Source: Kiritimatiellia bacterium (lineage in GTDB: Bacteria > Verrucomicrobiota > Kiritimatiellia > WLWN01). Taken from it: 64,000 nt of DNA. The position numbers and the translations under genes were made by a program. The DNA lies in assembly GCA_012103575.1 (NCBI GenBank), contig WLWN01000001.1, forward strand, positions 1,484,538-1,548,537. The letters run 5' to 3'. Of this stretch, positions 30,131 through 39,378 are shown piece after piece (position 1 is the stretch's first letter; each line of letters begins with the position of its first letter). Under the pieces are notes generated by a model that was not told the origin of the DNA, made no database searches, and worked only from the letters and a program-made list of their open reading frames with translations.

Positions 30131-30568
30131 TCACTTAAATTTTAATAAAAAATATAAAATGATTTGGCGCAACGCTTCTATTTTCCTGATCGTTTTCAAG
30201 GCCCCTAAAAGTTCTGGATCGCCATAATAGCTTTTGCGTCCTCGTGGCTTGCTTGAACGATGAATTTTACGGCCAAGCAGCTTCGTTGCGTATTTGCGCT
30301 CATCGCCACAGACTTGGCACACTTCATCAAGCAGGTTTGTTTAATACCGTTTGCTAGCCCGTTTATACCGGCGTCGCATTCGCTGTACATATTCTTTTCT
30401 TGATTCGTAACTCATCCTTTTCATCCCCCTTTTTTGGGTGTCATCTTTTGTGAGGCAATTCGGTGACAATAAAAATATATAAACTAGCTTGACAGCACAG
30501 ACAAAAACAGATATAATAACATTATTTTTGCTGTTCCACCACAGCAGATCTTTGAGTTTCGCGGGCAA
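30131..30568 (-). pseudogene. Remnant ORF with zinc-ribbon-like CxxC motif, interrupted by an in-frame TAA
   Basis: 'MSYESRKEYVQRMRRRYKRASKRY' is followed by TAA at 30341-30343 and then, in the same frame, 'TNLLDEVCQVCGDERKYATKLLGRKIH...'. Lies in the AT-rich 29.7-30.6 kb intergenic region. Function unknown, possibly a transposase or regulator N-terminus. Confidence 0.3.
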
Positions 30569-30592
30569 AAAAAATAACTATCAAAGGCTACC

Positions 30593-31585
30593 ATGAAAAA
30601 ATTGAGGTCCATGCTGGGTCAATGTAGATTGGGGATACTGCTATTCCTTGTGTTCATCGGGACGCTGGTTTTGTCTCTGAACTTTCTCTTCGCTCAAGAA
30701 TTTCGGATCACTGATTTCTTCATCGATTCATCCAATGAAGTCCATGTGGTCTATGAGACCGATACCAATTTTTATTATATCCTCGAAAGGGGCCAGGCTG
30801 TTACGGGTATGTGTCTAGCGCCATGGAAATAACCCTGGATCAAGCAGGGACTATGGAACCACGCCAAACACCGACAAACAACTCCACTTCCTTCAACATT
30901 ATGAGAATCCCTACTACCAATGCGATGGACACCGATGGGGACGGTATTGATGACGTATACGAATTGATTCAAAGTCCCCTGGACCCCTTAGACGGCAATG
31001 ATGGGAGTCAAGATTTTGATAATGATGGCAGATCAAGTCTAGAGGAATACCAGATTGGCACGGATCCCTCTTCTCCAAATTTGCCCCCATCGATTACGTT
31101 CTCACACCCCCTTAACAACTCCACATTTGTTGGACCGACCTCCATCGTACTAAACGTTACAGCATCAGATGAAGACGGATCATTAAATGATGTTCGCTTT
31201 TATCAGGGAACAAACTATATCGGGAACGATATCACGAGTCCTTATGAACTTACCTGGAGTAACGTGTTGCCCGGTGGCTATCTATTTACCGCAGAAGCCA
31301 CCGACAATTTTGGAACAACCGTTACCTCCACACCTGTAAATATAGCGGTCAACATCGCGCCCCCCTACGGTCATCCCTCCGCCTTCATCCACGTCGGCCT
31401 CTTTCATCAACCTGACCGGTGCCACCCTTCCCAACGCGCAAATCACGATTGTTGGTGGGGCCTCAAATATAACAGCCACAGCCGATTCTAACGGCATTTA
31501 TTCCGTCAATCTCCCATTACAATCCAATCGGATCAACCGTCTTTTTGTTAGCAGTTCTGATGACCAGGGCAATGTCAGCTCATAA
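30593..31585 (+). pseudogene. Secreted TSP3-repeat (calcium-binding, 'DTDGDGIDD') surface protein, disrupted by frameshifts
   Basis: Signal peptide 'MKKLRSMLGQCRLGILLFLVFIGTLVLSL'. Reading frame switches near 30811-30832 and again at a C6 tract (31360-31365). The tail 'ITIVGGASNITATADSNGIYSVNLPLQSN' resumes in the original frame. TAA at 31583-31585 is in-frame with the next gene. Confidence 0.5.
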
Positions 31586-31600
31586 GTCCCAATCTATGTC

Positions 31601-34477
31601 ATGCAGGATTCAGAGCCCCCGTTCCTTTTCATTGATTTCCCCATCAACAACGCCGTGTTAACCGTGAGCAATACCGTTATCGCTGGACGAGTAGGAGACA
31701 TGCTCAGCGGGTATATGGGGCTTAACGTTATGGTTAATACCCAGGCGGCTAATGTTATCGTGGGTATCGGTCAGAACGGGACCTATGAGCGCGGTAACGT
31801 GCCCTTGGTCATGGGGTCAAATCTGATTACGGCTGTAGCCTCTGATGTCCATGGGAATAGCGTGACGCAACAAGTGAATGTTTTTCGGGCGGCTATCACA
31901 GGCGCCAACATGGTGGCTGTTTCCGGAGATGGCCAAATCACCAATATTTTACAACAATTGGCAGAGCCTATTGTTGTTGAGGTTAAAAAAGCAAATGGCG
32001 CCCCCTTTGCCAACAAGCTGGTTACCTTTGACGTTACCCGCAGTAACGGTCGCTTATTTATAAACGCGGTATCGACCAATGCCGGGACCATGAGTCTACA
32101 GGTCTTTACGGATACAAACGGGTTAGCTCAGGCTTATTGGCGTTTAGGAATGGATGCCGGATGCGGGAATAATCGTATTGCTGTGACCAGCCAGAGTATT
32201 TCAGGGAACGCCTTCTTCTGTGCCTCAGCCATGCCAGGGCCAGCCGGACAAATCAATATCGGTTCGGGGAACAATCAGCGGGTTGAAGCCGGGACCGTCG
32301 CCCCGGAAAAATTACGGGTATGGGTCAGTGATGGGTGTAACGGGGTAACGAACGTTCTAGTTACCTTTACGAGCATTTACGGCGGAGGCCAATTCAATGG
32401 GGCCAACAGCATCACGATCAACACCTCCATAACCGGCCACGCTCAAGTCGATTTTACCCTCGGTCCCGCCGCTGGGAAAAATATGGTTGAAGCCACCTTC
32501 CCAGGCAACACCAACAAATATCCAGTTATTTTCATCCTGTATGGTGTAACGCGCAACATCACTCAACCCACCACCTTTAAGGGTATTGTTATGGACGATG
32601 CCAGTTGTTCTGTGGGGGGCGCCCATTGCATGTTGACCATGGGCAGCGAAACCCTGTCCAATGTGTATAGCGATGATGCCCAGGGCCAATTCACATTCAC
32701 GGCCATGACTAACTCCGGCCCAGCTCATTTAAAGGTGGACGGCAGTGTGGCGACCTTATTAAACAGCAATGCGATTCCTGCGGGTACCTTTCCAGCATTA
32801 GGCTATGATTTAATGGTGATCCCTAACGCACAAAACCAGTTGCCAACGCCCGTCTTCATCCCTCCCCTCAACCCGACGAACGCCGTGCTGTACGACGGCA
32901 CACAAGACGTGATCTTAACCTGTGAAGGGATTGATGAATTAAAGATGATTGTCAAAGCAGGTTCCATGAGGAATAAGGATGGCTCCATTCCCAATCCAGC
33001 CAACCCGGCCTATCTTTCCATTAACCAGGTTCATCACGACGAAATCCCCATGCCAATCCCCGACGGCGCATCCCCGCCTTTTGCGTGGACCTTACAACCG
33101 GGCGGAGCGATGTTTGATCCGCCCGTTCAAATCCAATATCCTAATATATCAGGTTTACCCGCCGGGGCCATTGCCTACTTCTTAAGCTTTAATCACGACA
33201 CCGAACAGTTTAATATCGTTGCCACTGGGAGTGTGGTGCCTGACGGGTCCTGCATCGTCACCGATTCGGGCATGGGCATAAGCGTGGCGGGTTGGGGGTG
33301 CAACTGCCCTCCTTATTCAGCCTCCGGGGACGCGTCAAAAGTCGATCTGGAGATAGATGGTGTTTCTGAAAGCGACGAAACAAGTGTAGGCGCATTTATA
33401 TGTTTAAACAATACGGTGCCTTTATCTCTTTCTGTTGATCCAAGTTATACCACAGGAACCGTTACCATGAGTGTCCTCTCCGGAAACGATAAGATTAAAA
33501 TCGTAGATGATCAAACCAACGAAGTATCCAATCTGACCTGGAACTTGCCGTCAACCTTTCCGGCCCTTTTTGTAAAAGTGATTTTACCCAGTAGCTCTCC
33601 ACGGGATGTGACCTTAGAGTTATTTTATGAAAACGATGATATTGAGTGTCGAGATACCGTTAAATTAACCGTATTTAAAGTCGATATTGCATCGGACGCG
33701 ATAAATCAGTATGATCCTATAAACGCTACGTTTGACCTTATAAATCCAACAGTTGTTTATGGCGGTTCAGAAAATTCAACGGCCGAGAATCTTGAACTGA
33801 CCGCAATGATCGTTCCTTTAGGCCCTGTGCCTGTTAGCTATACATGGTCCTTCTCAAATATCGTTGAAACTGGATTCAACCCAACTCCACCATCTCCTTC
33901 ATCAGCGATAAGTAAGTGGGATGTTGGGGATGTTATTGCATCTTTTGCAGGGCGAGTTACCTTTACTGTGGTGCTCGAATTCCAAGGTGGTACTACCTGC
34001 AAAACAACTAAAGAGTTTGAGGTAGGTATACGTACCGATGATACTATCGTCATCGGTTGGATAGACCCGAACCTAGTGACATTGCCGGGAGGCGCAGCAG
34101 TGTGGCTCACAACAAAGTTCCCGCCTGCAGGCCCTCCTGTTCCTAGTCCATTATGGTCTTCTCTTTTCTTGTTAGACCTTAGTGAGAACTCCACCACTCC
34201 TAACTTTCAGACGCTCACCTTGGCAGACCGCGACTACATCCTAAAATGGATGTTCAAATATTCAGGCGACCCAAATCCGGCAGGAGTTATTCCCGGTGGT
34301 AACTTTAGAGGTAGCACCAACACACACATAGATGAACAGGAGGTCTTAACTTTCAAAGCCTTTCTGACAAATTATAAGTTGTTTAACCGCCTCCAAATCA
34401 AATACCGAGCTAATTCTGTAGGCTTTGTTGGTTTACCCGTTATCTTGAAAGCAAGTACGGGGTTGGGTCTACTATAA
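31601..34477 (+). CDS. Large surface protein with multiple Ig-like/invasin-type beta domains (958 aa); may be the cut-off continuation of the upstream pseudogene
   Basis: Repeated beta-rich segments ('VAVSGDGQITNILQQLAEPIVVEVKKANGAPFANKLVTFDV', 'VTSQSISGNAFF...'). No signal peptide of its own. In the same frame as the end of 30593-31585, separated only by a TAA. Confidence 0.65.
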   Translation: MQDSEPPFLFIDFPINNAVLTVSNTVIAGRVGDMLSGYMGLNVMVNTQAANVIVGIGQNGTYERGNVPLVMGSNLITAVASDVHGNSVTQQVNVFRAAITGANMVAVSGDGQITNILQQLAEPIVVEVKKANGAPFANKLVTFDVTRSNGRLFINAVSTNAGTMSLQVFTDTNGLAQAYWRLGMDAGCGNNRIAVTSQSISGNAFFCASAMPGPAGQINIGSGNNQRVEAGTVAPEKLRVWVSDGCNGVTNVLVTFTSIYGGGQFNGANSITINTSITGHAQVDFTLGPAAGKNMVEATFPGNTNKYPVIFILYGVTRNITQPTTFKGIVMDDASCSVGGAHCMLTMGSETLSNVYSDDAQGQFTFTAMTNSGPAHLKVDGSVATLLNSNAIPAGTFPALGYDLMVIPNAQNQLPTPVFIPPLNPTNAVLYDGTQDVILTCEGIDELKMIVKAGSMRNKDGSIPNPANPAYLSINQVHHDEIPMPIPDGASPPFAWTLQPGGAMFDPPVQIQYPNISGLPAGAIAYFLSFNHDTEQFNIVATGSVVPDGSCIVTDSGMGISVAGWGCNCPPYSASGDASKVDLEIDGVSESDETSVGAFICLNNTVPLSLSVDPSYTTGTVTMSVLSGNDKIKIVDDQTNEVSNLTWNLPSTFPALFVKVILPSSSPRDVTLELFYENDDIECRDTVKLTVFKVDIASDAINQYDPINATFDLINPTVVYGGSENSTAENLELTAMIVPLGPVPVSYTWSFSNIVETGFNPTPPSPSSAISKWDVGDVIASFAGRVTFTVVLEFQGGTTCKTTKEFEVGIRTDDTIVIGWIDPNLVTLPGGAAVWLTTKFPPAGPPVPSPLWSSLFLLDLSENSTTPNFQTLTLADRDYILKWMFKYSGDPNPAGVIPGGNFRGSTNTHIDEQEVLTFKAFLTNYKLFNRLQIKYRANSVGFVGLPVILKASTGLGLL

Positions 34478-34530
34478 TAAATCCTCTGGGAGGACTATTC
34501 GGTGGTTTTGGCAGCATCCTGCCGGGAGTA

Positions 34531-34941
34531 ATGGGCCCTGCAAATGGGCCACCCTCTATACTAAGTTCGTCACCTTCGCGTGTTTCCCTTATAAATGATG
34601 GGAGTTCAGATGCAGCCGGCATCAGGGTGTTTAACACGTTAAAAGGGAAAGGTCTGCCTGCAGGTGTCACGCCCGTTTTTTGGGAAAACATTGGATCGCG
34701 CATCAAATTTATTTTCAACGGCGGGCCAACACCAACCGTCACCCTTCAACCTTACCCAACCTACTTTGAATATCGCAATGGAAGGCATGTCATTACGATG
34801 CCACAAGCGCCTACACCAGCAGCCAATTTTGGAACAGTTCCTTGTACCGGACTTGGAGGGGTTACACCAGGAGGTAGATGTGGAAACGCGTCTTTACCGC
34901 CAGCCGCCTCTGCAAGAATACCTGCGTACACATTGCCTTGA
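34531..34941 (+). CDS. Hypothetical Gly/Pro-rich ORF
   Basis: 136-aa ORF whose frame is open from about 34414 and overlaps the 3' end of the upstream gene. May be a frameshifted C-terminal extension rather than a separate gene. Confidence 0.25.
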   Translation: MGPANGPPSILSSSPSRVSLINDGSSDAAGIRVFNTLKGKGLPAGVTPVFWENIGSRIKFIFNGGPTPTVTLQPYPTYFEYRNGRHVITMPQAPTPAANFGTVPCTGLGGVTPGGRCGNASLPPAASARIPAYTLP

Positions 34942-34978
34942 ATAATAGTAACCCATGAACAAAATCAGGAGATAATTA

Positions 34979-35377
34979 ATGAGAACCCTTTTGCTGATAA
35001 TCGTTTTTCTTTCCGCGAAGACATTGCTCGATGGGGTAGAAGATTACGAGATGACACTTGCCGATACCCCCATTAATATTACTCTACAGTCTAATGGGAT
35101 GTGGAGAGCCTCGACTAGCTCCGAAACACAACTCGGTCTGTACAATGTGAATGGCAATGAACTCCATATCATCACCGAAACAGAAACGAATACCGTGGAC
35201 ATGAGCCAGTGCTTAGTGATACCACAGGGTATTGATTGGGATACTGTGCAGGAGATAGACATGGCGAAAATAGAGTTTGGTTCTCCGATTGTAATCAATA
35301 GATCCACGGGGTACTTGGGGTTTTACCAAACCAACGGTTATCTAGATACGAATTTCGTTGTTACTTGGACCAATTAG
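34979..35377 (+). CDS. Hypothetical secreted protein (132 aa)
   Basis: Signal peptide 'MRTLLLIIVFLSAKTLL', good coding look, no recognised domain. Confidence 0.5.
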   Translation: MRTLLLIIVFLSAKTLLDGVEDYEMTLADTPINITLQSNGMWRASTSSETQLGLYNVNGNELHIITETETNTVDMSQCLVIPQGIDWDTVQEIDMAKIEFGSPIVINRSTGYLGFYQTNGYLDTNFVVTWTN

Positions 35378-35959
35378 AACCATTCGCCAACCATGAGTTG
35401 GATAGGGAGATTTTCGAGGATTCGGAGCCAGTTAATATGTAAAGCGTTAGCTTTTGTGAAAGGGCAGAATAAGTAGAGAAAAGCAGGTAGCGGTTAAATA
35501 TAAATTACAATTTAACCAGAGAGATAAGTTTTAGGGACGGAAGAGTCAGAGAGATTAGTAAAAGCTTGAAATTGAAGGGGTAAAATGAAGAGGATACCAA
35601 TAAAAGATTGTGCCTTAGTTATTCAGTATAGACAAGCAGCCAAATGTATCCACTCGTTGTTCAAAGCAGTAAGATGCAGAATGAATCTTTTGGCAAGATT
35701 TCTGGCCCACGAAACACACGAATGTTCACGAAAAAAAGAGTCATTAATTCCTTGTCTTAAATTTGTGCTGATTCGTGTGTTTCGTGGGCAGAAATTTTTC
35801 TGTTTCCTTTGGTTGCAGCTCTGCTGCTCCATGCTCTTTGCGCTCTCCCTGTTAAACATAACCATCTTTGCCCAGAACCTCAATGAAAGTTGGACGGTAA
35901 CGGTGGCCGGCCAAATTGTGTAAGTCAATCCCAATGGAACCTTTCGTATCCCTAATATC

Positions 35960-37249
35960 TTGACCCCTGACCAATTTGGCAATGCGGGACCGGGATCTCC
36001 GCCCGGTTTTTTAGGCGATGACTTGGTCCGCCTCACCGGATACACGACCGTGAGCGGTCAAACCACCTATGTGTATAGTGATTACTTTCAGATCAAACAG
36101 GCCGGGACCTATGGCGTAACGAACTTGACCTTTACGAATACGCCCCCTCCCCTTCCGGTGTCGATTCGGGCTGTTGTTGACGATCCGACGTTGACGACTC
36201 AAACTCAAGTTCACGTAACCGCCCTCTATGCAAATGGTGGTTCCAGTGATGTAACGCCCCGAGCCCAAGGATCGATTTATCGCATCAGTAATCTAAGCAT
36301 TGCTACGGTCAGTAGCAACGGTCTTGTTACAGCTCTTAAGGAGGGTACGGCCGTGGTGACGGTGGTGAATGATGGCGCTACGTCGGTTACGCGAATAGAC
36401 GTTCTTCCAGGGGCGACTTTAACGACATTAACTGGTTTTGTCCAAGATCAGAATGGGGCTCCTGTGGCTAACTCAACAATCAATTTGCTTGGTGTAGTGG
36501 GTTCAACAACAACGGATTCTCAAGGGCGTTTTACCCTTCCGGGACTAGCGGTCTCCTCTAACATTTTTGAGGTCATCGTTCAGGTCTTTACAACAAACAA
36601 TACGCTTTTTGGAGTCCCTGTTTCAGTGCCCCTGGTGTCCGGAGGATTTACAGATGTTGGAATCATGACCATTGATAGCTTATGTGATGTGTCTCCAATA
36701 AACTGTGTGGATACCGATAGCGATGGTCTTTCTGATACGTTGGAGGTTGCCTTGGGATACAATGCCAATAGCGTTGACTCTGATACAAACGGTGTTCTTG
36801 ATGGGGCAGAGAATTATGATGCAGATGGCCTTTCTAACACAGGCGAAGCATTAGTCGGCGCTGATCCCACCAATATGGATACGGATAATGACAGCATTCT
36901 GGATGGAGACGAAGATAGTGATTTTGATGGACTCCTGGATGGCCAGGAACTCTCTCTTGGCACCGATCCCTTAGATCCAGATACGGATAACGATTGGTGG
37001 AACGATGAAGTGGAGAATCAATTTAATAGTGATCCATTAGATCCTACAGTGACTCCTGATGCATTAGTTGTAGCAACGCCCCTTGTAGAGACATTTGTTT
37101 CCGACACAACAGGAACCGGGGTGGACCTAAGTTTAACAGTGGGTCAACCTCCGGTCTCTACCTTTGTTTCTGATGTAACAGGGAATGGGGTAGAATTGGG
37201 TTTAACAGTGGGTCAGCCCCCTGTGACCGTTTCAACGAATGCGCCATGA
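35960..37249 (+). CDS. Surface protein with BIG2 Ig-like domain, carboxypeptidase-regulatory-like domain, TSP3-type Ca-binding repeats and a 23-aa tandem repeat; N-terminal signal-peptide exon cut off by an in-frame TAA
   Basis: 'SNLSIATVSSNGLVTALKEGTAVVTVV' (BIG2). 'DTDSDGLSDTLE...DSDTNGVLDG...DTDNDSILDGDEDSDFDGLLDG' (TSP3). Tandem 'TFVSD(T/V)TG(T/N)GV(D/E)L(S/G)LTVGQPPV' at 37088-37237. The upstream ORF at 35585-35923 in the same frame carries a signal peptide ('FFCFLWLQLCCSMLFALSLLNITIFAQN') and ends 'WTVTVAGQIV' with TAA at 35924-35926. The sequence 'VNPNGTFRIPNI' then continues in frame. Confidence 0.7.
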   Translation: MTPDQFGNAGPGSPPGFLGDDLVRLTGYTTVSGQTTYVYSDYFQIKQAGTYGVTNLTFTNTPPPLPVSIRAVVDDPTLTTQTQVHVTALYANGGSSDVTPRAQGSIYRISNLSIATVSSNGLVTALKEGTAVVTVVNDGATSVTRIDVLPGATLTTLTGFVQDQNGAPVANSTINLLGVVGSTTTDSQGRFTLPGLAVSSNIFEVIVQVFTTNNTLFGVPVSVPLVSGGFTDVGIMTIDSLCDVSPINCVDTDSDGLSDTLEVALGYNANSVDSDTNGVLDGAENYDADGLSNTGEALVGADPTNMDTDNDSILDGDEDSDFDGLLDGQELSLGTDPLDPDTDNDWWNDEVENQFNSDPLDPTVTPDALVVATPLVETFVSDTTGTGVDLSLTVGQPPVSTFVSDVTGNGVELGLTVGQPPVTVSTNAP

Positions 37250-37300
37250 GAAGAGAAGAAGTCAAATGTCAGAAATCAGAAGTCAAAGGTCATAAGTCCG
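37248..37300 (+). repeat. GTCAAAG-type repeat element (copy R-b) immediately after the stop codon
   Basis: 'TGAGAAGAGAAGAAGTCAAATGTCAGAAATCAGAAGTCAAAGGTCATAAGTCCGAG'. Shares the 'TGAGAAGAGAAGAGTCAAAGGTC' head with copy R-c at 42410. Confidence 0.5.
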
Positions 37301-37420
37301 AGAAATAGAGAATCCTCTCCTGGGAAAGGATTGAGGTGAGGGTCTTTTGGTCAGGTATGAGGAATCAGGAACATTATATGGAGTGCGATGACTTATCACT
37401 GCCTATCATAAAAGCTAAAT

Positions 37421-38627
37421 TTGATTAGAAAGACGAACCAAAAAAAGGAGAAAAAGATGAAAAGAAAAGAGATGATTATAGCTGGGTTCATATCATGGAT
37501 AATCAGTGTTCCTTTTGCCTATGAGCAATTCACTAATTTTAATTCAGGCAGTACGGGCTCAGATGGAGCGCTGAATGTTACGGTAAACACAAATATTGAT
37601 TTACCTCCAGATGGTATATTCCACTTTACAACCATCAATATTGCTCAAAATGTTACAGTTACCTTCAATCGAAATACCTTAAATACCCCCGTTTATCTAT
37701 TAGCACAGGGCGACATTACCATTGATGGAGATATTGATGTATCAGGACAAAATTCACCCCCTGGTGGAGTTGGCGCAGGGGGTCCGGGAGTTTGATGGGG
37801 GGATGTTAGGGTTTTTGAACACCCTGCCAGGTGCTGGGCAGGGATCTGGTGGTGGTCTTGGAGGTGCGTGTGTTTCTTCGGGTACAAACACCGTTGGCGC
37901 TGGGTCATACCAAAGTGTTCCCACCTCTTCTTTTCAAGACGGTAGAGATGGAAGTATATACGGGAGTCCTTTACTGGTTCCCTTGGTGGGAGGATCTGGA
38001 GGAGGGGGGTCAACGGGCACACCTGGGCTTGGAGGTGGAGGTGGTGGCGACGCTATTCTGTTAGCTTCGAATACAAGAATTGAGTTCACTAGTGCGAATA
38101 TATATGCGAAAGGAGCACAAGCAGTAGGTTGTTCTTATAACGAAGGAAGTGGTGGTGCCATATGTTTAGTTGCCCCGATTGTTACAGGAACTGCAGGATG
38201 TCATGCTAATGGGTATAGCACGCGGGCAGGGAATGGGTATATACGTGTTGACGCCATTGATCGTAGTGGAATGAGCGGAATAACATTTAATCCTACACCG
38301 AGTGTGGGAAGCTTTATGGCCGTATTTCAAAATCCTCTCCCTCGTTTAGATGTTATTGAAGCCGCTGGGCAAACAATTCCGGAGGGAGCCAGTACAGCTT
38401 ATCATGTCCATTTACCCTCTGGTTCGCCAAGTAATCAGACTGTTTTGGTTCAAGCAAAAGATTTTTCCGGGACAAATCTACCCATACGGGTTACATTAAC
38501 GCCTGAAAGTGGAGATCCTCTTTCTTATGATGCCGATATTGATATAACTGGGGGTACGGCGACCGGAACGGTTAATGCTGTGTTCCCTGTCAACATCCTC
38601 ACGCATGTACACGCATGGACCAGGTAA
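37421..38627 (+). pseudogene. Secreted Gly-rich surface protein, beta-helix-like by composition, split by a frameshift at a G5 tract
   Basis: Signal peptide 'MKRKEMIIAGFISWIISVPFA' and 'ITIDGDIDVSG' repeats. The first frame ends '...GGVGAGGPGV*' at 37795. The second frame runs from 'ELAQGVREFDGGMLGFLNTLPGAGQGSGGG' to 38627. Removing one G from 'caGGGGGtcc' (37778-37782) fuses them into one ORF of about 402 aa. Confidence 0.55.
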
Positions 38628-38949
38628 CCGATTGAGGATTTCAGATTTCGGATTAGCCGATTGTGGATTGCGGGAAAACAAGAGAATGGATTTAGAGTTA
38701 CCATGTAAGAAGACTAGGAGTAAAGTCCTCCCTTGGGGCATTCATGAAGATGTCCTGGGGATCGTTAACCAAAACTATCGGATCGAGGTTGTGGTCTAGC
38801 AGTGATCGAAAAAATTCCAGGTAACAGTTCGTGTTCTCAAAAATTTAAAGTGGGGGGCGGAGCCGCCTCCCACTTTAGAAAAATGATTACGGGGTAATGA
38901 ATAAACCTCTCGGTTAGCCGCTCAATCCCTAAGCTGTAGTCCAAGCTAT

Positions 38950-39213
38950 TTGGACGTCTATTATCGAAAAATGAAAGCCCGCTTAGGCGCCCCTAAAGCG
39001 ATTACCGCTACAGCTCACAAATTGGCTCGGATTTTCTATAAAATATGGAATGAAAGTCAAGATTTTGACCCTACTCTTTTTGAGCAGCTCAAACAGAAAG
39101 CTCGTACGCGAACTGAAACCTATGTTCGAAAAAAGGCTTATGACTTAGGGTTTGAGTTAATCCTGAATCCGTCAGCTATCGCTTCGGAAGGCGTTTTGGG
39201 GCTCAAAAGTTGA
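38950..39213 (+). mobile_element. IS110-family transposase, C-terminal fragment only
   Basis: 'YRKMKARLGAPKAITATAHKLARIFYKIW' matches the conserved C-terminus of IS110/IS1111 transposases. The roughly 300 upstream residues are absent. A strong hairpin 'AAAGTGGGGGGCGGAGCCGCCTCCCACTTT' lies at 38851-38880. Confidence 0.6.
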
Positions 39214-39378
39214 AAACTTTTTCCTTGAGATGCTCGCTTTTGGGCGGATTGGGACCGGCAAGTATCACCCTGATGAATTTTTTGAGCGTACAGGTCAGAC
39301 TCACTCTGATTTGGCCATTTTGGGGCGTAGGCCTCCTTGGGCAGTCGCCTTAGAGTATTGTTAAAGGTGCACGGAGGG

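Noticed and set aside
29721-30592. tRNA or small-RNA gene in the long AT-rich intergenic region
   Set aside because: No cloverleaf-compatible sequence (no GTTCRANYC T-loop motif). The region holds only a stop-interrupted ORF remnant and promoter-like AT tracts.
34531-34941. Treating the Gly/Pro-rich ORF as a confident separate gene
   Set aside because: Its frame opens inside the 3' end of the upstream gene and has no SD. It is more likely a frameshift artefact or a spurious ORF in GC-skewed repeat-like sequence, so it is kept only as a low-confidence feature.
30341-35926. Possibility that TAA is reassigned, which would explain the in-frame TAA codons
   Set aside because: Large conserved genes (PKS, glnE, acnA, Mur ligases) have no internal TAA, and several genes terminate with TAA. 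The standard code applies.
37088-37237. Tandem 69-bp repeats that could be mistaken for a CRISPR-like array
   Set aside because: Only two units, in-frame and coding a 23-aa repeat inside the surface protein. No spacers and no cas genes.
38629-38680. Direct repeats CCGATTGAGGATT / CCGATTGTGGATT downstream of the 37722-38627 gene
   Set aside because: Only two short units with no partner elsewhere in the window. Insufficient to call a repeat family or binding site.
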